Positions 39,929-50,376 of a DNA stretch of 64,000 nucleotides are shown in pieces. The translations under genes were made by a program, and so were the position numbers. The stretch lies in contig DAZV01000036.1 in assembly GCA_002083825.1 (NCBI GenBank), forward strand, positions 103,934 to 167,933, in the 5' to 3' direction. Position 1 is the stretch's first letter. The number at the start of each line of letters is the position of its first letter. Under the pieces are notes generated by a model. It made no database searches. It was not told where the DNA came from and saw only the letters and a program-made list of their open reading frames with translations. This stretch comes from Candidatus Sericytochromatia bacterium S15B-MN24 CBMW_12 (GTDB taxonomy: Bacteria > Cyanobacteriota > Sericytochromatia > S15B-MN24 > UBA4093).

Positions 39929-40929
39929 TAGCCCCCTTCACCCTCGTCTGGGGGGACGATACCCACAAGCAGCGCCAGTTCGAAGAGGCCTTTGCCGCCA
40001 AGGTCGTCGATCCCGGCTTCGCCGCGATGAACCAGCAGGTCCTCGACGGTGACGCCGATGCCAGCATGGTCGCCGCCGCCGCCGCCACGCCCCCATTCGG
40101 GCCTGGCGGCCGCTTGGTCATCGTCCGCGGATGCCGCTACTTCTCTGGGCGGAAGAAGGAAGAGGACGAGGCCGAATCAACCGAAGAAGCCGACAGCGGC
40201 CCTCTCTCGGCCCTCTTCGAGAAGGGCCTTCCATCCGGCTGTCACCTGCTTCTCATCGTCGAAGGCAAGCTCGACAAGCGCAAGGCCCTCACAAAGGTCG
40301 CCGTCGCCAAGGCCACCGTTCGGGAGTTCTCGCTCACCGATACCCCATGGGACACCTCCGGCTCCGCCGCCTGGATCTCCGATCAGGTCCAGCGCCTGGG
40401 CGTGGGCATCCACCCCGATGCCATCAAGGCCTTGATTGCCGTAACCTCCGGCGATCGCTGGCGACTGGAGAGCGAACTCGCGAAGCTCGCCCTCTACACC
40501 GACGGCAAGCCCATCACCCTGGAGGCCGTCCTGACCATGTCCCCGCCAAGCGAGGCCGACGTCTTCGCGGTGCTCAAAACGCTCGCGCAGCGCGACGCGC
40601 TCGGAACGCTCAGAGGCTTTCAGCGGCTGCTGACGCTCGACAAGCCGGAACGGGTACTCGCGACGCTTTCGACGATGATGCGAGGTTGGCACAAGGCCAA
40701 GCATCTGTCGGAACGCGGTCTGGACCCCATGGCGATAGCTCAGGAACTGGGCTGGAAACCCGCTCGCGTGTCGAATCAACTGGCGGAGCTCAAGCGCTGG
40801 AACTCCTTGCAATTGCAAAAGGCCCTGGTCGCCCTCCTGGAGGCCGAGATCGCCATCAAGACGGGTCGCGGCCGCGACCACCTCACGCTCACCTTCGAAG
40901 CCATGGTCGCGCGCATGCTGGCGGCCTGA
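39925..40929 (+). CDS. holA: DNA polymerase III delta subunit
   Basis: ATG 39925 (ATGA overlap with uppS). MIAPFTLVWGDD...LVIVRG... and a helical C-terminus are typical of HolA. The longer ORF from 39343 is a frame artefact over uppS. Confidence 0.75.
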   Translation: MIAPFTLVWGDDTHKQRQFEEAFAAKVVDPGFAAMNQQVLDGDADASMVAAAAATPPFGPGGRLVIVRGCRYFSGRKKEEDEAESTEEADSGPLSALFEKGLPSGCHLLLIVEGKLDKRKALTKVAVAKATVREFSLTDTPWDTSGSAAWISDQVQRLGVGIHPDAIKALIAVTSGDRWRLESELAKLALYTDGKPITLEAVLTMSPPSEADVFAVLKTLAQRDALGTLRGFQRLLTLDKPERVLATLSTMMRGWHKAKHLSERGLDPMAIAQELGWKPARVSNQLAELKRWNSLQLQKALVALLEAEIAIKTGRGRDHLTLTFEAMVARMLAA

Positions 40930-40935
40930 AGCCCG

Positions 40936-40977
40936 ATACGTCGAACCCCCCGGATTATTCCGGGGGGTTCGACGTAT
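40936..40977. terminator. bidirectional terminator hairpin between convergent holA and the lipoprotein gene
   Basis: ATACGTCGAACCCCCCGGA-ttat-TCCGGGGGGTTCGACGTAT is a 19-bp perfect stem placed between the two stop codons (40929 and 41011). Confidence 0.6.
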
Positions 40978-41010
40978 CCATGAGAGGTGGGGGACTCGCC
41001 TGACGGGGGC

Positions 41011-41823
41011 CTAGAGGGAAACCTCAGGAGTCAGGCCGAGGTTGGAGTGGCTGGCCTTGCGCTTCTGAACCGTGAGCTTGGCGATGCCGTTCGGGGCGTA
41101 GCCGGGAAGGGCGACGTCGAGCACATAGTCGCCAGGCGGCAAGCGCCGAACGCTGAAGGTGCCGGTACGGCCGGAGGTAACTCGGTAGATGCGGCCGTTG
41201 ACCAGCGAACGCGCCGTGACGTTGGCTTCGTCCAGGGTCTGCATGGTCCGGGCATCGTAGACCTTGCCCTTGATCTTGCCGGTATTGAGAAGATCCGAGA
41301 TCAACGTGAGCGAGGGAATCTGGAAGGCGCGGGTGAGGGTGATGGTTTCCTTGTCGACGGACTTGCCACGAACGATCACGCGCTTGTTAAGGAGCTTGGC
41401 AAGCTTCATGGAGATTTTCTCGCTGGAGGCGACCAGGGGAAAAGAGAGTTCCTTTTTCTTGAAGAAGCCCTTTTTCACCTGGAGGAAGAACTTGCCGTCT
41501 TCAATCGAGCGCACATAACCGATCTTGGTGGTGGACTTGCCGGCAATGGCGGCCGTCGACGCGTCGAGAATCCCTTCCGACTCGTTCTCGTCCAGCTCGC
41601 TCTCGCCGCCGAAGTCGGCGTCGTCGAGGTCGTCGAGGGGGAGCAGGTCCAGAAGGTCCCCGCTATTGAAGGACTTGATCTGCAGGGATTCCTGCTCGGA
41701 CATGTCCTTGAGCCCGGTGCCGCTCGTGGAGTAGGATGCCGTGCTCGGTGCCCCGCAGCCGACCAATCCCCCGGTGAGCGCCAACGCCACCACGAGGTGC
41801 AAGGCGCCTTTGAATGATTTCAT
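41011..41823 (-). CDS. lipoprotein with C-terminal carboxypeptidase-regulatory-like (Ig-like) domain
   Basis: Starts MKSFKGALHLVVALALTGGLVGCG (lipobox), followed by an acidic linker. The C-terminus reads GKIKGKVYDARTMQTLDEANVTA...PPGDYVLDVALPGY. ATG 41823 after GAAGGAGG. Confidence 0.6.
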   Translation of the reverse strand: MKSFKGALHLVVALALTGGLVGCGAPSTASYSTSGTGLKDMSEQESLQIKSFNSGDLLDLLPLDDLDDADFGGESELDENESEGILDASTAAIAGKSTTKIGYVRSIEDGKFFLQVKKGFFKKKELSFPLVASSEKISMKLAKLLNKRVIVRGKSVDKETITLTRAFQIPSLTLISDLLNTGKIKGKVYDARTMQTLDEANVTARSLVNGRIYRVTSGRTGTFSVRRLPPGDYVLDVALPGYAPNGIAKLTVQKRKASHSNLGLTPEVSL

Positions 41824-42001
41824 CCCGTCCTCCTTCTGGAACAACCAAAACGTGTTAATCGTGTTAACCGGGTTATCGAGGACGGGGAGCGGAATACGGT
41901 AAAGGTGAAGCTAACATGATTTTAAGGTGAGTTTAAAGTTGGCGACCGATTTTCAGTCCAAACCGTGATTCGGGGAAAGAGGGGGTTCGGTGAAAAAGGG
42001 G

Positions 42002-42042
42002 TAAAAAGCACCAAGGACCTGCCTGAGAGGTCGCAGGTCCTT
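42002..42042 (-). terminator. rho-independent terminator of rpsT
   Basis: AAGGACCTGC / GCAGGTCCTT form a 10-bp perfect stem at 42013-42042. It is followed on the minus strand by GGTGCTTTTTAC and starts 28 nt after the rpsT stop. Confidence 0.6.
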
Positions 42043-42070
42043 GCGCAGATTCTATTGGAACGGAAAGGGC

Positions 42071-42346
42071 TTAGGCGTTGGCCGTTGCCGCGTTCACCGC
42101 CTTCACCAACCGCGACTTGCGGCGAGCTGCAGTGTTCGCGTGAACGATGCCCTTGCGGACCGCGCGATCGATAGTGCTGATCGCCTTGCGGAGGTTCTCC
42201 ACGGTCTGAGCCTGATCGTCGTTCTTCATCGTCTCGTGCACGCGCTTGAAGCGGGTCTTGATCTCCGACTTCACGGCAACGTTGCGCAGACGGTTACGCT
42301 CAGCAACCTGAACGCGTTTGATACCGGATTTAATACGATTCGCCAT
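42071..42346 (-). CDS. rpsT: 30S ribosomal protein S20
   Basis: Starts MANRIKSGIKRVQVAERNRLRNVAVKSEIKT...; 91 aa. ATG 42346 is 8 nt after GGAGGTG. Confidence 0.92.
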   Translation of the reverse strand: MANRIKSGIKRVQVAERNRLRNVAVKSEIKTRFKRVHETMKNDDQAQTVENLRKAISTIDRAVRKGIVHANTAARRKSRLVKAVNAATANA

Positions 42347-42385
42347 GTGATTTTCACCTCCTCTCAGGTGGCATTGCAAGGCGCC

Positions 42386-42394
42386 ATTGTAACA
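42386..42394 (-). promoter_or_regulatory. extended -10 element TGtTACAAT upstream of rpsT
   Basis: The minus strand reads GTGTTACAAT (plus-strand attgtaacac at 42386-42395), about 40 nt upstream of the rpsT ATG. Confidence 0.45.
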
Positions 42395-42454
42395 CAAGCC
42401 AGACGAGGAAGAAAGCCCTGTCGCGCCAGATTTTAATCAAACGTTTCCCAGCGA

Positions 42455-44380
42455 TTAGTTGCCAAGCCGATCGAGCCGATCCTGGACGTCGGCCGAATGC
42501 TCTCCGCCGGGCGAGCGCAGGCCGTAGGTGCCGTACCACTTGGCGGCCAGTTCGGCATCTCCGCGCTGCTCGGCGATTCGGCCCAGGTAGTAGTGAGGCG
42601 GGGAAAGGGTCGGATCGAGGGCGATGGCCGAAAGGAACTCCTCGCGCGCGGAGGCCAGATCGTTTCGTTCGAAGAGAGACCGTCCCAGGCGTAGCCTGAA
42701 TATCGCGGTATCTCGCCGCACCTGGATGGTCTCGGGGGGAGCCCCGTCGATGCTCTGGTGCAGGCTGATGGGGGCCTGGAGCTTGCCGTCGGCATGTTCG
42801 GCCGCCCGCATGCTTCCACCCTCTCGGACGGCTGGTGCCCCTGCTGGGAGACGCTCGGCCTGAACGGGAAGGCTTATCGCGTTCAGCGTCTGCAACTCGC
42901 TCTGGCGGCTCGTCGCGCGCTGCGCGAGAGGGGATGAGCCCAGCTTGTCGTAGGCTACGGAATCCTTGATACCGGAAGATCCGACGGGCTTGCCGTCGCT
43001 GAAGCGGCTGACGGGCTCGGCGCCGAGGCGATCGCCCATCGGTACTCCGTTACGTTCGACTGCCGTTTCCTCGCCCACGAAGCCCTCGTCCAGCCGCTTC
43101 CCGATAAAGCCTTCCCCCGTCGTTTCGCCCCAGTTCGTGCTTCCTTGCACCTCGGTCATCGGCTGGCCAGACAACTCCGAATCCGGCAAGTTCAGCGGGT
43201 CGAACGCCGTGCCGCGTTCCCGTCGCGGTCCGCTGGATTGGGTTCCTCCCAGCAGCTCGGCCATGCCTCGTACGGCGAGGGGCGACGCCTCGGGGTCTTT
43301 GACGAAGCTGCCGAGCCAGGCGAAGTCCCCCCGGGTGTAGCGGTTGGCCATGACCAGCGCGCCGAGCAGGGACAGGCCGGCCAGGCCGACGAGCGCAAAT
43401 TTCCGGCGGGAAGGGGGACGATTGGCTGCGGGGATTTCCGGTGGCGCGGGAGGGGGTCTCTCCACGGGAGGCAAGAGGCTCTCGGCCGTCTCGTCGTAGC
43501 GGCGCGCCTGGGCCAATAGCCCATCCAGAACTTGCTCCACGCTGGCGAGTCGGTGGCGGATCAGCAACTCACCGAGACGAGAGGGCTGGTCGACTTGCCA
43601 CGCAAGGGCCTTGGCCAGGATTTCGCGGTCGATGACGGCGCTGGCGACGAGGCTCTCCCCTAGCCGGAACCGGCCTTCGCGCATGAGTTTTTGCTTGGTC
43701 ATTCGGAAAGCTTCGGCCCGGCGGACGTTGGCGGCGAGCACCTGCTGACGGGCGACCAGAGTCTCGAATGCGCGGTTTCCTTGGGCCTTGACAGCCTCCC
43801 AGTGCTCACGGCGCAGGGCTCCCCAGCGGATGAGGAGGATTGCAGGGTCGTCAGCGGGGCCTAGTGGGGGCTGCAAGGCGGACTGAGCGCCGAGAGCGGC
43901 CTGCATGGCGGCGGGGGCTAGCCCGAAGTCCTCGATCAGGAGGGTTCCGAGGGGGCGATGGGTGGCGGCTTGTTTTCCAAGGGCTTGTTTCAGGTCCCCC
44001 TGCGTGATCTTTCGTTCACTCAACAGCCGCATGCCCAGGCGATCCTGCGGCGGCCGAGCCGGAGGAATCGCGTGTCCGGCGAGGACGATTTCCGCCAGCC
44101 GGTCGAAGGAGATGGCGTCTTGCCGGAAGAGCCAGGACAGCGCCGTTTCTCCGTCGCGGGCTTCGATCCGGGCGCGGGCCAGGTCGAGCGGGTCCACGGC
44201 GCCCGCGGCGAGGAACTGGAGATCGAGACCGGGTGGGGGACGTCCGACGGCGTCCTTTCCTTGCTTGGCGAGGTCACGGGTGGTGGCGTCCGTTGCTGCC
44301 GTGGCGGCTTTTTCGAAGAAGGTCCACGCGAGGTCCGCCCAGCCGAGTCGCTCGCAGGCGCGCGCCAGCATCAGCTTCAA
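42455..44380 (-). CDS. TPR-flanked single-pass membrane protein with two tandem MshEN-type (T2SSE_N-like) c-di-GMP-binding motifs
   Basis: ORF-track coordinates (TTG 44380). Two 24+5+24-residue RLGxxLL...LxxxLxxQ units, a TM helix (FALVGLAGLSLLGALVMAN) and C-terminal TPR repeats. A CTG start at 44482 is likely; see findings. Confidence 0.7.
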   Translation of the reverse strand: MKLMLARACERLGWADLAWTFFEKAATAATDATTRDLAKQGKDAVGRPPPGLDLQFLAAGAVDPLDLARARIEARDGETALSWLFRQDAISFDRLAEIVLAGHAIPPARPPQDRLGMRLLSERKITQGDLKQALGKQAATHRPLGTLLIEDFGLAPAAMQAALGAQSALQPPLGPADDPAILLIRWGALRREHWEAVKAQGNRAFETLVARQQVLAANVRRAEAFRMTKQKLMREGRFRLGESLVASAVIDREILAKALAWQVDQPSRLGELLIRHRLASVEQVLDGLLAQARRYDETAESLLPPVERPPPAPPEIPAANRPPSRRKFALVGLAGLSLLGALVMANRYTRGDFAWLGSFVKDPEASPLAVRGMAELLGGTQSSGPRRERGTAFDPLNLPDSELSGQPMTEVQGSTNWGETTGEGFIGKRLDEGFVGEETAVERNGVPMGDRLGAEPVSRFSDGKPVGSSGIKDSVAYDKLGSSPLAQRATSRQSELQTLNAISLPVQAERLPAGAPAVREGGSMRAAEHADGKLQAPISLHQSIDGAPPETIQVRRDTAIFRLRLGRSLFERNDLASAREEFLSAIALDPTLSPPHYYLGRIAEQRGDAELAAKWYGTYGLRSPGGEHSADVQDRLDRLGN

Positions 44381-44586
44381 GGACGGATCGGCAGGCGCAG
44401 CCTGGGCCGCTGCCGAAAGGTGGCGTACCGCGTCGGAGAACCGACCGTCTTTGTAGGCGCGTTGACCCTCGCTGATGTTCAGGACTCGGCCCTCCTCTGT
44501 CGGTATTATGCCCTGAGGACGTACTTTCCGGCACGCGGGCGGGGTAGAATGTCCAGGATGAAGACGAAACCCGAGCGGGTTACTTG

Positions 44587-44617
44587 ATTAACCAGGGCAA
44601 TCATTAACCTGGTTAAT
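44587..44617 (+). promoter_or_regulatory. candidate operator upstream of czcD: ATTAACCAGG + 15-bp palindrome ATTAACCtGGTTAAT
   Basis: Read directly. TTAACCAGG (44588-44596) is the inverted repeat of CCTGGTTAA (44608-44616). The site lies in the divergent intergenic region 70 nt upstream of the czcD ATG. Confidence 0.4.
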
Positions 44618-44687
44618 ATTGTTCCTAGTTGTTGTTTTTTCTTCATCACCGCGATTGACAGCCGATACTAGAAAGAGGACCTCGACG

Positions 44688-45650
44688 ATGGCAGGGGCCC
44701 CCATCCATAACCACGACCACGAGTCTCCTCAGTCCCATGGTCATCATGACCATTCCCATCATGACCACTCCCATCTCCATCATCGGGAGGGTTCCAAGAA
44801 GGCCCTGCTGGTCGTCTTGGTGCTCACGAGCCTCTACATGGTCACCGAGGGTATCGGTGGCTGGATGACGAACAGCTTGGCCCTGCTGGCGGATGCGGGC
44901 CACATGTTCACTGACGCGGGCGCTCTGGGGTTGAGCTTCGCGGCGATTTGGTTCGCGTCGCGTCCGCCGACGCCCGCGAAGTCCTTCGGCTACTATCGCT
45001 TCGAGATTCTGGCCACGCTGATCAATGGCGCTTCGCTGATCGTGGTGGCGGGGGGCATCTTCCTGGAAGCGTTCAAGCGCCTCGGATCCGCGCCGGAAGT
45101 CGACAGCGTCCCGATGCTCTTCATCGCGGCTGGAGGCCTCTGCGTCAACCTGCTAGGCGCCTACATTCTCTCGCGAGCCGATCATGACAGCATCAACGTC
45201 CAGGGAGCCCTCGCTCACGTCATTGGCGACGCACTGGGATCCGTGGCGGCCATCGTGGCGGGCTTGCTCATGTGGCGTTTCGGCTGGTATCTCGCCGATC
45301 CGATCGTCTCGGCTCTGGTCGGCGTGCTGATCCTGAAATCAGCCTGGGGACTGGTGACCATGTCGGTCGACATTCTCTTGCAAGCGACTCCGCTTCACAT
45401 CGACCCGCAGAAGGTTTCGGCCGTCATCCTCGACGTACCCGGCGTGATATCCGTGCATGACCTGCACATCTGGACCGTGACCTCCGGCATGTTCTCCATG
45501 ACCTGCCACGTGGTCGTGGAGGATCTCGAGGCCAGTCAGGCCGTGCTCTGTCGCATGCGCGACGGCATGCGCGAGGCGTTCAGAATCGATCATGCGACCA
45601 TCCAGGTCGAGACCGCCGACCTCGAGGCTTGCCACCGCCTCGACTGGTAG
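44688..45650 (+). CDS. czcD: cation diffusion facilitator (CzcD/ZitB-type Zn/Co/Cd efflux) with His-rich N-terminus
   Basis: His-rich N-terminus MAGAPIHNHDHESPQSHGHHDHSHHDHSHLHH, then CDF TM motifs (LLADAGHMFTD, LAHVIGD) and a C-terminal cytoplasmic domain. Confidence 0.88.
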   Translation: MAGAPIHNHDHESPQSHGHHDHSHHDHSHLHHREGSKKALLVVLVLTSLYMVTEGIGGWMTNSLALLADAGHMFTDAGALGLSFAAIWFASRPPTPAKSFGYYRFEILATLINGASLIVVAGGIFLEAFKRLGSAPEVDSVPMLFIAAGGLCVNLLGAYILSRADHDSINVQGALAHVIGDALGSVAAIVAGLLMWRFGWYLADPIVSALVGVLILKSAWGLVTMSVDILLQATPLHIDPQKVSAVILDVPGVISVHDLHIWTVTSGMFSMTCHVVVEDLEASQAVLCRMRDGMREAFRIDHATIQVETADLEACHRLDW

Positions 45651-45694
45651 GGCTCGGATCGTTTCAGCCACCGCCCGAGAAGCCCCCAGGGCTG

Positions 45695-45703
45695 TGTTAA
45701 GAT
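45695..45703 (+). promoter_or_regulatory. extended -10 element TGtTAAGAT upstream of dnaE
   Basis: cTGTGTTAAGAT at 45692-45703 overlaps the ORF-track ATG (45702) and lies about 40 nt upstream of TTG 45744. Confidence 0.35.
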
Positions 45704-45743
45704 GAGAGCGAATGCCCTCGACCCGTCGCCATGGGGGGAAGCC

Positions 45744-49208
<3,465 letters not shown>

Positions 49209-49219
49209 AAGGAGAAACC

Positions 49220-49672
49220 ATGTCGATTCGTGGATTGTTGCTCATGACGAGCTTGGCCTTGGTGACCGGTTGCGCCGCGATGAAGGCCTACTCGGAGGAC
49301 TTCTACTACCATGACCAGCGCTTCGCCCCGCGAAAGACGGCGGTTCAGATCCGTCTCTTCGAGGGGGAAAAGCCCGCCGCCAAGTACGTGGTCCTCGGGC
49401 GCATCGTTGCCAAGGAGGGTTTTTTCGGTAGTCGCCAGGACGTCCTGGAGGAACTACGGAACAAGGCGGCGACGCTGGGCGCCGACGCGGTGATCGATAT
49501 CGCCTACGGCAACGAGAAGGTCGAGTGGGGCGACAAGAAGGTCGAGACCGTCGAGAAGCAGCGTTACACTCCGTACGGAACGGTCACCAAGAGCGAGACC
49601 CGGGTGAAGGAGGCCTCGACTTCGGATCACATGACGTTGTCTGGGATAGCCATCCGGTTCACCGACGAGTAA
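49220..49672 (+). CDS. small lipoprotein (YbjQ/DUF4156-like)
   Basis: Starts MSIRGLLLMTSLALVTGC (lipobox) and contains LRNKAATLGADAVIDI. ATG after GAAGGAGA, 12 nt downstream of the dnaE stop. Confidence 0.65.
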   Translation: MSIRGLLLMTSLALVTGCAAMKAYSEDFYYHDQRFAPRKTAVQIRLFEGEKPAAKYVVLGRIVAKEGFFGSRQDVLEELRNKAATLGADAVIDIAYGNEKVEWGDKKVETVEKQRYTPYGTVTKSETRVKEASTSDHMTLSGIAIRFTDE

Positions 49673-49814
49673 GCCGCGCCTTCTCCGCCAGGTTGCGGCC
49701 AGCGCGTCAGGCGAGCTGCTGCGGCTCCCAGGGGTGGGTCTCTCGGAGATGGGCATGGTGAAAGTAGCCTTTCGAGAGGGTGCATGTCACGCGGACGGGA
49801 AACGTCTCGATTAC

Positions 49815-49855
49815 GGAGCGAGGGAAGAGCATGGCTCTTCCCTCGCTCCGTTTCT
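49815..49855 (+). terminator. rho-independent terminator downstream of the dnaE-lipoprotein unit
   Basis: GGAGCGAGGGAAGAGC-atg-GCTCTTCCCTCGCTCC is a 16-bp perfect stem followed by GTTTCT, 143 nt after the stop at 49672. Confidence 0.6.
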
Positions 49856-49929
49856 CCGGGGGCAGGCGGGTGGCGTGGGGCCTGGTGAACATAACCTATA
49901 TTATCGGACGCAAGAGAGGCGCCGGGCCG

Positions 49930-50043
49930 TGGGTGGGGATTTTGGCTGAAAGCCGGTGATGGTGAGGGTTTTGGGGGTTTGAAAGGGTTGGCTGGCTGGA
50001 GGGATGGGTTCGGGGAGGTTGGTCGCTCGGGGTGGGTTTGGGT
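49930..50043 (+). repeat. G-tract / GT-skewed low-complexity block
   Basis: At least 10 runs of GGG or longer in about 115 nt, with very few C on the plus strand (gggtgggg...gagggttttgggggtttgaaaggg...ggagggatggg...cgggg...cggggtgggtttggg). Confidence 0.7.
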
Positions 50044-50184
50044 TTGCGGTGTTATGTAATACCGGGGCTGGCATGGCGAGAGGAGCGCCCGCACGGGCAT
50101 GCCCATGAACGGCGGCTACAGGGCATCTCCGGGAATCGGGCGCTGTAATCCGCGTGGATAGGGGCTTTCAGGGGATTGTTGTTA

Positions 50185-50193
50185 TGTTATAAG
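50185..50193 (+). promoter_or_regulatory. extended -10 element TGtTATAAG immediately upstream of the first 26-nt repeat
   Basis: aTGtTATAAG at 50184-50193, with CTTTCA 17 nt upstream. A transcript would begin at about 50199, roughly 180 nt upstream of the 50377 ATG. Confidence 0.3.
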
Positions 50194-50197
50194 GAAC

Positions 50198-50223
50198 GCC
50201 ATGGCTTCGCCGGCGAACACCCC
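50198..50223 (+). repeat. 26-nt direct repeat, copy 1 (GCCATGGCTTCGCCGGCGAACACCCC)
   Basis: Identical 26-mer to 50268-50293. It is built from two 8-nt palindromes (GCCATGGC, CGCCGGCG) plus AACACCCC. Confidence 0.85.
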
Positions 50224-50267
50224 CCGTAGCCCCCCATCGAGGGGGGCAAGTTAACGGTAGATTAGAG

Positions 50268-50293
50268 GCCATGGCTTCGCCGGCGAACACCCC
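50268..50293 (+). repeat. 26-nt direct repeat, copy 2
   Basis: Identical to 50198-50223, with a 70-nt period. Confidence 0.85.
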
Positions 50294-50376
50294 TACCTCT
50301 CGGGGGAGCTGGACAAATTCTTTACCTTACCTTAAACTAGATCAATAACAGCGGGTGCTGCAACAGCGAGGTTGCG

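Noticed and set aside
44618-44687. NiCo (czcD-motif) or other metal riboswitch upstream of czcD
   Set aside because: The roughly 70 nt available is T-rich and poorly structured (attgttcctagttgttgttttttcttc...), and there is no four-way-junction-like GC pairing. DNA-level operator control fits better.
49884-49911. dif-like XerC/XerD site: GGTGAACATAA-CCTATA-TTATCGGACGC versus E. coli GGTGCGCATAA-TGTATA-TTATGTTAAAT
   Set aside because: The XerC-side arm matches 9 of 11, but the normally better-conserved XerD arm matches only about 5 of 11 (TTAT plus one A). The two arms are not mutually palindromic beyond ATAA/TTAT. A GC-skew or terminus analysis of the whole genome would be needed before taking it seriously.
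49627-50106. 159-aa minus-strand ORF across the G-tract region
   Set aside because: The translation is Pro/Ser/Thr/Asn-rich low complexity produced by the C/A-rich complement of the G-tract block. It also runs through the palindromic terminator at 49815-49849 and back into the 3' end of the lipoprotein gene.
50198-50293. Possible minimal CRISPR array (26-nt repeat, 44-nt spacer, 26-nt repeat)
   Set aside because: There are only two repeat copies, no cas genes anywhere in the window, and no leader-like AT-rich flank. The repeat is a concatenation of two short palindromes, unlike a typical CRISPR repeat. A 5'-UTR or operator duplication explains it better.
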